A stretch of 48,552 nucleotides of DNA from assembly GCA_046757025.1 (NCBI GenBank), contig JBHHXN010000020.1, positions 1-48,552 of the forward strand. Reading direction: 5' to 3'. The position numbers and the translations under genes were made by a program. A model generated the notes under the pieces. The model ran no database searches. It was not told the DNA's origin and worked only from the letters and a program-made list of their open reading frames with translations. This document shows, one piece after another, positions 18,471 to 27,603 of the stretch. Origin of the DNA: a bacterium. GTDB taxonomy: Bacteria; Zhuqueibacterota; Zhuqueibacteria; Oceanimicrobiales; Oceanimicrobiaceae. How positions within the stretch are numbered: position 1 is the first letter of the stretch; the number at the start of each line of letters is the position of its first letter.

Positions 18471-19825
18471 ATACCATCGAACTCATTACCAAAAAACGCG
18501 ATGGCGAAGCCCTGACCTCGGAAGAGATGGAGTTTCTCATTACGCGCTATGTAAACGGCGACATTCCCGACTATCAAATTTCGGCTTTCCTCATGGCGGT
18601 GTATTTTCAAGGCATGACCTCGGAAGAAACCGCCGCGTTAACCAGAATCATGCGGGATTCCGGCGTCGTGCTGACTCATCCCGAGATCACCGCCTTTAAA
18701 GTGGACAAACACAGCACCGGCGGTGTTGGAGATAAAGTTTCTCTGATTTTAGCCCCTTTGCTGGCGTCGGTGGGATTAGTGGTTCCCATGATCTCCGGCC
18801 GGGCGCTGGCTCACACCGGCGGAACGCTGGACAAATTAGAGTCCATCCCGGGGTTTCGCACCGATCTCAATCTTTCGGAGCTCAATCGGCAGCTTCAAAA
18901 AATCGGCGTGGCTTTAGTGGGTCAAACAGCCAATCTTTGCCCCGCGGACAAAAAAATTTACGCCCTGCGCGACGCCACGGCCACTGTCAACGCCATCCCC
19001 CTCATCACGGCCAGTATTCTGAGCAAAAAAATGGCCGAAGGTATCGACGCCTTGGTTTTAGACGTCAAAGCAGGCAGCGGCGCCATCTTCAAAGAAAAAG
19101 AAAAAGCCTGGGAATTAGCGCGCATGCTGGTGAGTACCGCCGATGGATTCGATCTGAAAGCTTCGGCCATCATCACTTCCATGCTGCAACCCCTGGGAAA
19201 CGCCGTGGGCAACTGGTTGGAAACCCGAGAAGCGGTGGAATGCTTGCGCGGAAAAGGCCCCCACGATCTCGTACAAATTACGCTGGTGCTAGGGGCGCAA
19301 CTTCTGGTTCACAGCCAGTTCGTAAATGAAATGGCCGAAGGTATGGCTATACTTGAAGAGAAACGCCTAAACGGCGAGGCTTTTGATACATTCCGGCAAA
19401 TAGTCCAAATGCAGGGAGGCGATGTATCGGTCATTGAAAATCCAGACAACTATCCAAATGCGGTGTTCAGCCACGAAATCAAAAGTCCCGTCAGCGGTTA
19501 TGTAGCCGCCATTCATTCGCGTGAAATCGGTCGCATTTCCATGCTGTTGGGCGCCGGCCGCAGCGACATGTCCACAGCCGTTGATTATACCTCAGGAATT
19601 ATGTTGAATAAAAAAGTGGGGGACTCGATTGCAGAAGGTGAGATTTTAGCCACCGCGTACTCAAATAATATCGAACGGCTCAAATCGAACCAGCAGCGTC
19701 TGGAACAGGCCTTTGAAGTTCAAAAAGAGCAACCGGCCCCGGAACCGTTGATCTACAGTCTTATCGATGCCACCGGAGAGAAACGCTGGAATGCTGCGGC
19801 CTGCAGTTTTGAAATTAAAACCTGA
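18467..19825 (+). CDS. pdp: Pyrimidine-nucleoside/thymidine phosphorylase
   Basis: [49 protein letters not shown] overlap with deoC. Confidence 0.95.
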   Translation: MNTIELITKKRDGEALTSEEMEFLITRYVNGDIPDYQISAFLMAVYFQGMTSEETAALTRIMRDSGVVLTHPEITAFKVDKHSTGGVGDKVSLILAPLLASVGLVVPMISGRALAHTGGTLDKLESIPGFRTDLNLSELNRQLQKIGVALVGQTANLCPADKKIYALRDATATVNAIPLITASILSKKMAEGIDALVLDVKAGSGAIFKEKEKAWELARMLVSTADGFDLKASAIITSMLQPLGNAVGNWLETREAVECLRGKGPHDLVQITLVLGAQLLVHSQFVNEMAEGMAILEEKRLNGEAFDTFRQIVQMQGGDVSVIENPDNYPNAVFSHEIKSPVSGYVAAIHSREIGRISMLLGAGRSDMSTAVDYTSGIMLNKKVGDSIAEGEILATAYSNNIERLKSNQQRLEQAFEVQKEQPAPEPLIYSLIDATGEKRWNAAACSFEIKT

Positions 19826-22025
19826 TTCGCTCTTTCTTTTTACGCTGCTTGCTGTTGCGACGGCTCAAGCTTAAATGCTCGTCACAATGCTCCTTTGGCT
19901 CAAACCCCCTGAAAAAGACTTCTTCGACGATGTTCGGACACACATCGTTTGACAACTTTTTGGTATCCGCGCAAATTTCGACTTTGACCACGCCGTCCGG
20001 CATGGGAAAATCCAATTCCGGCAAACCTAGCGTGTCATGCGCGGCTTTCATGTAGGGCGCCCAAATAGGTAAAGCAGCCCGTGAACCGGATTGCCCATCC
20101 CCTAAACTAATCGTGTAATCATCCAAACCCACCCAAACGCCCGTAACAATTTGCGGTGTGAAACCCACAAACCAAGCGTCGCTGTAATCGTCGGTGGTGC
20201 CGGTTTTGCCGCCCGCGGGCCGGTAAAAATGATATTTCCATCTGGCGCTACCGCCGGTTCCATGGTCGATGACGGTCCGCAGTAAATCGGTCATAATATA
20301 CGCCGTCTCTTTTCTCAAAGCTTCTCTACTTCGCGGAATGTTTTGCTCAATTATGTTGCCATTTTTATCCTCGATTCTCAAAATCGCTACCGGTTCCACG
20401 TGTACCCCGCCGTTGGCGAACACCCCGTACGCCGAAGTGATTTCCATGGGGGTCAAACCGGAGGCGCCCAGGGCCAGGGCATCCACTGCCACCAATTGTG
20501 ACTGAATGCCCATTTTATGAGCATATTCCACCACTAAGTCCGGCTTTCTAATGACATTTTGCAGCAACCGAATCGTGACCAGGTTGTACGATTTTTTTAA
20601 GCCTTCCCGGATAGTGGTGAGTCCGCCCGTAGTATGATCATAGTTTTGTGGCGTCCAGCGATCGCCGTTTTCCAAAAAGACCACCACTGGCTGGTTCAGC
20701 TCTTCGTGGGTGGTTGGGAAACCGTTGTCGATGGCCACGGTGTACACAAACGGTTTAAACGCCGAACCGGGCTGCCTGCGAGATTGCACCACGCGATTGA
20801 ACTTTGATTTTGTGAAATCCCGGCCACCCACAAAAGCCAGAATGTGACCGTTGCGCGGATCGATGGAAACCAGCGCCGCCTGGGCGTAAGCTCGAGCCGT
20901 AATCAGCGAATCCACCAGTGTGGAATCTTTCATAACTTTGTTGATGTCGTGTTCTTTGAGAAATTTTTTACCAACCAGCTCAGCAAACTTTTTCCTGGAA
21001 GAATAAAACTTTTTTATTTGTTTCTGAAGTACTTTCAAATGATTCTGCACCGCTCTTTCCGCACAAGCCTGAGCTCTTGAATCCAGAGTCGTATAAATTG
21101 CCAGGCCATCCGTGTACAAATTGTACCCATATTTTTCTTGTAAAATTTGCCGGATATATTCCGTGAAATAAGGAGCGATGCCGTGCGCCGTAGCCGATTT
21201 ATATTCGATGACTTCGATGGGCTTTTTGATTAGCTCCGCATACTCCTCTTCTTCCAGATAGTTCAATTCCCGCATGGCGGCTAACACCACATTGCGCCGG
21301 GTCAAAGTCTTCTCCGGATGACGGAACGGCGTATAGATGGCCGGCGCGGGCAACAAGCCCACCAGCATGGCGCACTCATCGACGGTTAATTCCTGAACGT
21401 CTTTGCCAAAATATTTAAGCGCCGCGGACTGTGCGCCGTAAGAGCCGTGCCCGAAATTCATGTGATTCAAATACATCTCCAGAATTTCATCTTTGGTGTA
21501 AGTACGCTCGATTTGAATGGCGGTGAGCACCTCTTTGATCTTACGGGTGATGGTTTTTTCCAGGGTAAGATACAACTGGCGTGCCAATTGCTGAGTCAAG
21601 GTGCTGGCGCCCTGCTCGTAACTAAAACTGATGAGATTGATGAAAACAGCCTGGGTGAACCTTTTCAAGTTCATGCCCCAGTGATCATAAAATCGCCGGT
21701 CCTCGGTGGCGATCACGGCTTTGATGAGCGTTTCTGGCATTTCTTCAAGGGGCACAAAACTCCGTTTTTCTTCGAAATATTCGTGAATTATTTTGAGATC
21801 CGCTGAATAAACTTTCGAAGCCAGTTTGGGTTTGTAGGATTCCAATTGCTGCAAGGAAGGCAGGTCACGGCTGATGACGAACAATAAAATCACACCGAGG
21901 ACGCAAACCGACACGAATAAAATGAAAACCGACGCGATCTTTTTCGTTTGCACGAAATCCTTTACGGAATCCCAGAATGAGATGGTTACCGAGCCATTTT
22001 CTGACTCTCGAAACTTTCTTTTCAT
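19815..22025 (-). CDS. Class A penicillin-binding protein (PBP1A family)
   Basis: Transglycosylase EDRRFYDH, GASTLTQQ, RKIKE; transpeptidase SAFK, SYN, KTG. Confidence 0.95.
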   Translation of the reverse strand: MKRKFRESENGSVTISFWDSVKDFVQTKKIASVFILFVSVCVLGVILLFVISRDLPSLQQLESYKPKLASKVYSADLKIIHEYFEEKRSFVPLEEMPETLIKAVIATEDRRFYDHWGMNLKRFTQAVFINLISFSYEQGASTLTQQLARQLYLTLEKTITRKIKEVLTAIQIERTYTKDEILEMYLNHMNFGHGSYGAQSAALKYFGKDVQELTVDECAMLVGLLPAPAIYTPFRHPEKTLTRRNVVLAAMRELNYLEEEEYAELIKKPIEVIEYKSATAHGIAPYFTEYIRQILQEKYGYNLYTDGLAIYTTLDSRAQACAERAVQNHLKVLQKQIKKFYSSRKKFAELVGKKFLKEHDINKVMKDSTLVDSLITARAYAQAALVSIDPRNGHILAFVGGRDFTKSKFNRVVQSRRQPGSAFKPFVYTVAIDNGFPTTHEELNQPVVVFLENGDRWTPQNYDHTTGGLTTIREGLKKSYNLVTIRLLQNVIRKPDLVVEYAHKMGIQSQLVAVDALALGASGLTPMEITSAYGVFANGGVHVEPVAILRIEDKNGNIIEQNIPRSREALRKETAYIMTDLLRTVIDHGTGGSARWKYHFYRPAGGKTGTTDDYSDAWFVGFTPQIVTGVWVGLDDYTISLGDGQSGSRAALPIWAPYMKAAHDTLGLPELDFPMPDGVVKVEICADTKKLSNDVCPNIVEEVFFRGFEPKEHCDEHLSLSRRNSKQRKKKERIRF

Positions 22026-22047
22026 CTTACTCCCTTTTCATAATTTT

Positions 22048-22120
22048 ACAGGCTTCTGCAAAATGAAATTATGGAGGGGTACTGCAACCCATAAGTTGAA
22101 ATCCCCATTTTGCAGAATTC
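22048..22120. repeat. Short palindromic repeat, copy 1
   Basis: ACAGGCTTCTGCAAAATG is identical to 34515-34532; perfect IR TTCTGCAAAATG / CATTTTGCAGAA. Confidence 0.7.
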
Positions 22121-22163
22121 CATTAATTTCCAGGAATTTAAACTATACTGAAAAATTTAAGTT

Positions 22164-22904
22164 TCACGATTGCAGACCGCGAACTTCTTTCATTGACCAA
22201 CGTTTTAGCTGCAATTGCCTTCCGGACAGTTCCAGATAGGTAAAGTTATCTATCCAATCGCCCAAATTGATATAATATTTAGAACTAATTTTTTCAAACA
22301 ACGGTTTGTGAGTATGGCCTAAAATCACCGCATCGAAACCCTGTTGCAGCTTGCTTAGTGCAAAGCGGCGGTAATCTTCATCATACGGGTTTGGGCCCCG
22401 GTCTTTACTTGTATTGGATACTTTTCGCGCCAGAGGTATTCCAAAATCTGGATGGATCAATTTGAATAAAAAAATATTAACCTTATTTTTAAAAATCTTA
22501 TTTAACAATCGCAGCCGCCGGTCCCCTTTTGCCAGTCCGTCGCCGTGGGCGATAAACAGTCTCAAACCGTTGTGCTCCACTTTCAGGGGTTCAAACAAAA
22601 TTTCCGCGCCGATTTCTTGCCGCAGATAGTTACCAAGCCAAATATCGTGATTGCCAGCGAAATAACGGACGCGTACACCTTGTTCAATTAACTGCAGAAG
22701 ATGGGCCAGCACTTTTATATTCACTTTGGGAATAGCGCTGCGATACTCGAACCAGAAGTCGAAAAGATCGCCCACGATGTAGAGAATATCGGTGCGTCTT
22801 TTAATGGCTTTGAAAAATGAAATCAGATTTTCAATTTTCTCGCTTTCATCTACACCTGCCTCCGCCCCTAAATGAACATCTGAAATGAAGTAAATCCGTT
22901 TCAT
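22164..22904 (-). CDS. lpxH: UDP-2,3-diacylglucosamine diphosphatase (LpxH-like)
   Basis: SDVHLG, GDLFDFW, GNHD, HGD, GHTH.P, LGDW. Confidence 0.85.
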   Translation of the reverse strand: MKRIYFISDVHLGAEAGVDESEKIENLISFFKAIKRRTDILYIVGDLFDFWFEYRSAIPKVNIKVLAHLLQLIEQGVRVRYFAGNHDIWLGNYLRQEIGAEILFEPLKVEHNGLRLFIAHGDGLAKGDRRLRLLNKIFKNKVNIFLFKLIHPDFGIPLARKVSNTSKDRGPNPYDEDYRRFALSKLQQGFDAVILGHTHKPLFEKISSKYYINLGDWIDNFTYLELSGRQLQLKRWSMKEVRGLQS

Positions 22905-22986
22905 GGTGTCTGAAATTAGCCATAAATGGATAAAAAAGCAACCATTTTGGCAGGCAGGGAATTAACAGGTAAACGGGAAAAAAATA

Positions 22987-23015
22987 TTGACAATGTAGAA
23001 AAGATTTATTACTTT
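22987..23015 (+). promoter_or_regulatory. sigma70-type promoter for the BMC-H pair
   Basis: TTGACA-N17-TACTTT. Confidence 0.65.
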
Positions 23016-23082
23016 GTAGCGCCTTTTCAGGCCATAAATCTATTTCAAATTTGGATTTAAACAAGAGAAGGAGTTCCCGCTT

Positions 23083-23364
23083 ATGAGCTTAGACGCTTTA
23101 GGTATGATTGAAACTCGTGGTTTAGTTGGGTCTATTGAAGCTGCTGACGCCATGGTGAAAGCAGCCAAAGTTTCGCTGATCGGAAAAGAAAAAATTGGCG
23201 GCGGTTATGTGACTGTCATGGTTCGAGGCGACGTAGGAGCAGTAAAAGCTGCCACCGACGCCGGTGCAGCGGCGGCCGAAAGAGTTGGGGAATTGGTTTC
23301 GGTACATGTAATTCCAAGACCGCATGCGGATGTGGAAATGATTTTACCAAAACGAGGGGAATAA
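23083..23364 (+). CDS. BMC-H shell hexamer (EutM/PduA-like)
   Basis: ALGMIETRG...[10 protein letters not shown]...[11 protein letters not shown]...HVIPRPH. Confidence 0.97.
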   Translation: MSLDALGMIETRGLVGSIEAADAMVKAAKVSLIGKEKIGGGYVTVMVRGDVGAVKAATDAGAAAAERVGELVSVHVIPRPHADVEMILPKRGE

Positions 23365-23420
23365 CAAGTCATAAGTAAACGTATTGACCTCTTCTCAATT
23401 CTCTTGATTTTCAACATAAA

Positions 23421-23888
23421 ATGGAAGAAAAAGCACTTGGTCTAATAGAAACCAAAGGGTTGGTGGGCGCAATTGAAGCGGCCGACGCCATGGTAAAAGC
23501 CGCAAAAGTCAACCTTCTGGGCGCGGAAAAAACGCTGGCGGCGCTGGTGACGGTGAAAGTGGTGGGAGAGGTCGGCGCCGTAAAATCCGCAGTGGAGGCC
23601 GGCTCAGCCGCCGCCGAAAAGATTGGGGAATTGGTTTCAACGCACGTTATTCCAAGACCACACGAGGAAACGGCATTTATCATTTACGAGGAACGAAATA
23701 GCCGCGAAAAAAAACCAAAGAACAAAAACAAAATTACCAGCATCGAGGATATCATCGATATGCCCGTTCGAGAATTGCGGCGATTAGCTCGTGATATGAA
23801 AAATTTTCCAATTCAGGGGAGGGAAATTTCTAAAGCAAATAAACAAGTACTCATTGAAAAATTTAAACAGTATCTTGAGAATAAATAA
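23421..23888 (+). CDS. BMC-H shell protein with C-terminal helical extension
   Basis: BMC domain in aa 1-90, then a basic linker and MPVRELRRLAR...ISKANKQVLI helical domain. Confidence 0.93.
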   Translation: MEEKALGLIETKGLVGAIEAADAMVKAAKVNLLGAEKTLAALVTVKVVGEVGAVKSAVEAGSAAAEKIGELVSTHVIPRPHEETAFIIYEERNSREKKPKNKNKITSIEDIIDMPVRELRRLARDMKNFPIQGREISKANKQVLIEKFKQYLENK

Positions 23889-23889
23889 T

Positions 23890-23912
23890 CTCCGCGGCAA
23901 CTGTGGAGTTTT
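23890..23912 (+). terminator. Possible terminator after the BMC-H pair
   Basis: CTCCGCGG-CAA-CTGTGGAG-TTTT (stem with G-U pairs). Confidence 0.45.
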
Positions 23913-23927
23913 ATCATTACACAAACC

Positions 23928-24803
23928 ATGAACGCGATTCGTTTACCATCGTATGCAAAAATTAATCTCGGATTGCTCATCAAAGGTAAACGAAGCGACG
24001 GCTACCACGAAATCGAATCCCTTCTCCTCCAAATTGATTTACTCGACGAAATCGAACTGAAAAGCCAGGCAAATCCGGAAATCGTTGTTCGCTGTAACAA
24101 TCCCGTCGTACCAACAGATGAGAATAATCTTTGCGTACGGGCTGCCAATTTGATCAAAAAAACCAGTGGCATCTCCAAAGGGCTTGAAATCAACTTGACG
24201 AAAAACATTCCCATGGGTGCCGGCTTAGGCGGCGGCAGCAGCAACGCTGCGACAACGCTCATGGGATTGAACAAACTGTGGAACCTGGACTTTACACCCG
24301 AATTTCTGCAAAAATTGGCTGCACAATTGGGTGCAGATGTGCCATTTTTTATCCATGGAGGCGCGGCAGTGGCGCGGGGAAGAGGTGAATTGCTCTCTAC
24401 GATAAATTTCAATTTGGAATGGCCCATTTTGATCATTTTTCCGGAGATTCATGTGTCCACCCAACAGGCTTATGCCGGATTGAATTTAAGCTTGACAATG
24501 AAGAAAAAAAATATTAAATTACCGCATTTTAAAGATAGTAAATTCAATAACGTAGATTTCTATAAAGTATTTATTAACGAATTTGAAAGGGCCGTATTCA
24601 AGAATTATCCGATTCTCGCTGAGATAAAAAGGTCGATTTATCGAAAGAATCCCGTATTTACCAGCATGTCCGGATCAGGTTCATCTATTTTTGGTATCTT
24701 CCACAATCTTGAAGATGCCTTCGAAGCGAAAGCTGAATTTGACCGCAAATTCCCCACATTTATTACGCATTCCATTTTATGGGGTTATAATCAAATAGTG
24801 TGA
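23928..24803 (+). CDS. ispE: 4-diphosphocytidyl-2-C-methyl-D-erythritol kinase
   Basis: AKINLGL, DGYHEI, KNIPMGAGLGGGSSNAA, LGADVPFF, MSGSGS. Confidence 0.96.
   Translation: MNAIRLPSYAKINLGLLIKGKRSDGYHEIESLLLQIDLLDEIELKSQANPEIVVRCNNPVVPTDENNLCVRAANLIKKTSGISKGLEINLTKNIPMGAGLGGGSSNAATTLMGLNKLWNLDFTPEFLQKLAAQLGADVPFFIHGGAAVARGRGELLSTINFNLEWPILIIFPEIHVSTQQAYAGLNLSLTMKKKNIKLPHFKDSKFNNVDFYKVFINEFERAVFKNYPILAEIKRSIYRKNPVFTSMSGSGSSIFGIFHNLEDAFEAKAEFDRKFPTFITHSILWGYNQIV
24492..24520 (+). promoter_or_regulatory. Promoter-like element internal to ispE
   Basis: TTGACA-N17-TAAATT in an AT-rich patch, upstream of spoVG-tRNA-prs. Confidence 0.5.
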
Positions 24804-24878
24804 GGGTTTGACTAAATAATCAGAATATTTTTGAGACCACTCAAAGGTATTCTATTTTTCATTTCTATGGAGGGAGGT

Positions 24879-25184
24879 ATGGAGATCACAGAAATTAACG
24901 TCAGCTTGAGAAATGAGGAAAAATTAAAAGCCTTTGTCAACGTCACTTTCGACGAAGTATTTGTGGTACGCGGTATGAAAGTCATCAAAGGCTCCAACGG
25001 TTATTTTATCAGTATGCCGAGTCGGAAAATGCCAGATGGCACTTACAGAGATATCGCTCACCCCATTAGAAATGAATTTAGAGAATATATCGAAGAGCAA
25101 ATACTTGCAGAATATCACAATTCTTTGAAACAAGAGGGTGGAGATTATTCGAAAGTATCGGACACAAATTCGCCAAGCGCTTGA
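24879..25184 (+). CDS. spoVG: SpoVG family nucleic-acid-binding regulator
   Basis: MEITE...KLKA..NVTFD..FVV.GMKVI.G..G.FISMPSRK...YRDIAHPI; ATG after GGAGG. Confidence 0.93.
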   Translation: MEITEINVSLRNEEKLKAFVNVTFDEVFVVRGMKVIKGSNGYFISMPSRKMPDGTYRDIAHPIRNEFREYIEEQILAEYHNSLKQEGGDYSKVSDTNSPSA

Positions 25185-25211
25185 ATAGAATAATCATATA
25201 ATCATAAAAAT

Positions 25212-25283
25212 TGGGGCGTCGCCAAGCGGCAAGGCACGGGGTTTTGGTCCCCGCATTCGGAGGTTCGAATCCTCCCGCCCCAG
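25212..25283 (+). tRNA. tRNA-Gln (TTG), CCA not encoded
   Basis: Acceptor TGGGGCG/CGCCCCA; anticodon arm CGGGG-TTTTGGT-CCCCG; T-arm GGAGG-TTCGAAT-CCTCC. Confidence 0.97.
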
Positions 25284-25307
25284 CCTAAAATTTAATTGCA
25301 GCATAAG

Positions 25308-25342
25308 AATGACGGAATCCGTTCGGGGTTGCCGTCATTTTC
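25308..25342 (+). terminator. Hairpin after tRNA-Gln (terminator/attenuator)
   Basis: AATGACGG...CCGTCATT-TT. Confidence 0.55.
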
Positions 25343-25359
25343 ATGTACAAAAAAGAGTT

Positions 25360-26295
25360 ATGCAACCAAATCCAATATTATTTACCGGAACCGCCAACCC
25401 CGAGCTGGCCAAAAAAATTGCAGACTACATGAAAATCCCCCTGGGCGAGGCGCAGATAAAGTATTTTAGCGACGATGAGATCTGGATTAAATACAACCAG
25501 AATATTCGGGGGGCGGACGTATTCATCATTCAGCCCACCAATTCCCCATCGCGAAATTGGATCGAACTGTTCGTGATGATCGACGCCGCTAAAAGAGCGT
25601 CTGCGGAAAGAATCACCGCGGTGATTCCGTATTTTGGTTACGCCCGTCAGGACCGTAAAGACCAACCGCGAGTCTCCATCTCTGCCAAGCTGATGGCCAA
25701 TTTAATAACCACTTGTGGCGTCGACCGCATCCTGACCATGGATCTGCATGCACCGCAAATTCAGGGATTTTTCGATATTCCGGTGGACCATCTGTATTCA
25801 GCAACGATTTTCTGTGATAATTTTCGCGATATGAATATTCCCAATTTAACCGTGGTTTCGCCGGACATTGGCGGCATAACACTGGCAAGAGCCTATGCAA
25901 AACGTCTGCAGGCGCCCCTGGCCATCATCGACAAGCGCCGAACCAAGCACAATGAAGCCGAAGTCATGCACATAATCGGCAAAGTGGCCGGCCGAAATAT
26001 TCTCATCATCGACGACATCGTCGATACCGCGGGCACGATTTGCAATGCCGCTAAAGCCTTAAAAGAAAAGGGCGTAGAAGATATCTTTGTCGCCTGCACG
26101 CATGCGATTTTATCCGGGCCCGCTATCGAACGCCTTTCAAATGCCCCTATCAAAAAAATAAAAGTCTCTGACAGCGTGCATTTGCCAGCCGAAAAACTCA
26201 TTGATAAACTTGAAATCCTGACTGCATCGGAGTTATTTGCAGAAGCGATAAAACGAATTCATGGTGAAGAATCTATAAGTTCTTTATTTAATTAA
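25360..26295 (+). CDS. prs: Ribose-phosphate pyrophosphokinase
   Basis: PYFGYARQDRK, DLHAPQIQGFFD, VSPD.GG, DDIVDTAGT. Confidence 0.97.
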   Translation: MQPNPILFTGTANPELAKKIADYMKIPLGEAQIKYFSDDEIWIKYNQNIRGADVFIIQPTNSPSRNWIELFVMIDAAKRASAERITAVIPYFGYARQDRKDQPRVSISAKLMANLITTCGVDRILTMDLHAPQIQGFFDIPVDHLYSATIFCDNFRDMNIPNLTVVSPDIGGITLARAYAKRLQAPLAIIDKRRTKHNEAEVMHIIGKVAGRNILIIDDIVDTAGTICNAAKALKEKGVEDIFVACTHAILSGPAIERLSNAPIKKIKVSDSVHLPAEKLIDKLEILTASELFAEAIKRIHGEESISSLFN

Positions 26296-26311
26296 TTTTG
26301 GAGATGAATGA

Positions 26312-26971
26312 ATGGTAGAAACCGTATTAACTATTGAAGAAAGAAAAAACGTTGATAAAAAATCAACCAAACAGTTAAAAAAAGAAGGCAAAGTGCCGGG
26401 CATTTATTACATGCACGGACAGAGTTCCATTCCATTTGCAATCGATGCGAAACAGTTGCACAACATTATACATACTGAAACCAGTGTGATAGATCTCAAT
26501 TTTGATACGGGCAAAAAAGCCAAATGTGTGATCCGAGACATTCAATGGGATCCTCTGTATGACAAGCCCATTCATGTGGATTTGATGGGAATCAAATTAA
26601 CCGAAAAAGTGCAAGTCAACATCCCGCTGCATCTGATGGGTGACCCGGTCGGAGTGAAACAGGAAGGCGGCGTATTGCAGCAGACCATTCGGGAAATATC
26701 CATCGAAAGTCTGCCAATGGACATTCCGGAACACATTGAAATTGATGTCTCTCATTTAAAAATTGGGGACTCTTTTCGAGTTGAAGAATTAGACATTGAA
26801 AAAGTAAAAATTCTTACCGATCCTTCTCAAACCATTGCCGCAGTGAGACCGCCAAGAGTGGCCGTGGAACCCACGGTGGAAGTCGAAGTCGAAGAAGAAG
26901 CAGCCGAACCCGAAGTAGTTGGTCAAAAGAAAGAAGAACCCGAGGAAGAATCGGAAGCCGCCAGCGAATAA
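26312..26971 (+). CDS. rplY: 50S ribosomal protein bL25/Ctc
   Basis: G.VPGIYY, Q..P..D.PIHVD, GVK.GG.LQQ, IPEHIEIDVS.L.IGD; acidic tail. Confidence 0.95.
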   Translation: MVETVLTIEERKNVDKKSTKQLKKEGKVPGIYYMHGQSSIPFAIDAKQLHNIIHTETSVIDLNFDTGKKAKCVIRDIQWDPLYDKPIHVDLMGIKLTEKVQVNIPLHLMGDPVGVKQEGGVLQQTIREISIESLPMDIPEHIEIDVSHLKIGDSFRVEELDIEKVKILTDPSQTIAAVRPPRVAVEPTVEVEVEEEAAEPEVVGQKKEEPEEESEAASE

Positions 26972-27012
26972 AAATCGGCATCTGGTCATGGAATTGCAGA
27001 TTTTTTGTACTG

Positions 27013-27579
27013 TTGATGAATGAAGGTTATTTGCTAGTGGGCTTGGGTAATCCCGGTTCAAAATATCATTTGACCCGCCACAATCTGGGATTTATGGTCG
27101 TTGACAATTTGTGTAAAAAGTTTCATTGCCAGTACAAACAAAAAAAATATTTTTATTCATTCGCAACTATCCATATTGCCCAAAAATCAGCGATTCTGGC
27201 AAAACCGTTAACTTATATGAACTTAAGCGGTATGGCCATTGGGAAGTTAATTGAAAAATATGAGATTCAGTTAAAAAACGTCCTGATAATTGTCGACGAT
27301 TTTAATCTGCCATTCGGTAAAATTAGAATTCGCAGCAAAGGCAGCGATGGCGGTCACAACGGCTTGGAGTCTATCATCCAGGAGCTGTCAAGCGACGCGT
27401 TTCCAAGATTGCGTGTGGGAATTGGCCGGGAGAATATCACGGATTTCGTTGAATTTGTTCTTTCTGAATTTGATGAAGAAGAAACTAAAAAATTACCTAA
27501 CATTATTGAAAGATCATCCGAAGCTTGCTTGGATTTTGTTGTAGAGGGTATCGAAAAAACAATGACTAAATATAACTAA
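27013..27579 (+). CDS. pth: Peptidyl-tRNA hydrolase
   Basis: VGLGNPG..Y..TRHNLGF, KPLTYMNLSG, GGHNG, RLRVGIG. Confidence 0.96.
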   Translation: MMNEGYLLVGLGNPGSKYHLTRHNLGFMVVDNLCKKFHCQYKQKKYFYSFATIHIAQKSAILAKPLTYMNLSGMAIGKLIEKYEIQLKNVLIIVDDFNLPFGKIRIRSKGSDGGHNGLESIIQELSSDAFPRLRVGIGRENITDFVEFVLSEFDEEETKKLPNIIERSSEACLDFVVEGIEKTMTKYN

Positions 27580-27603
27580 CCCCCAGATCGAAGGAGGACT
27601 GAA

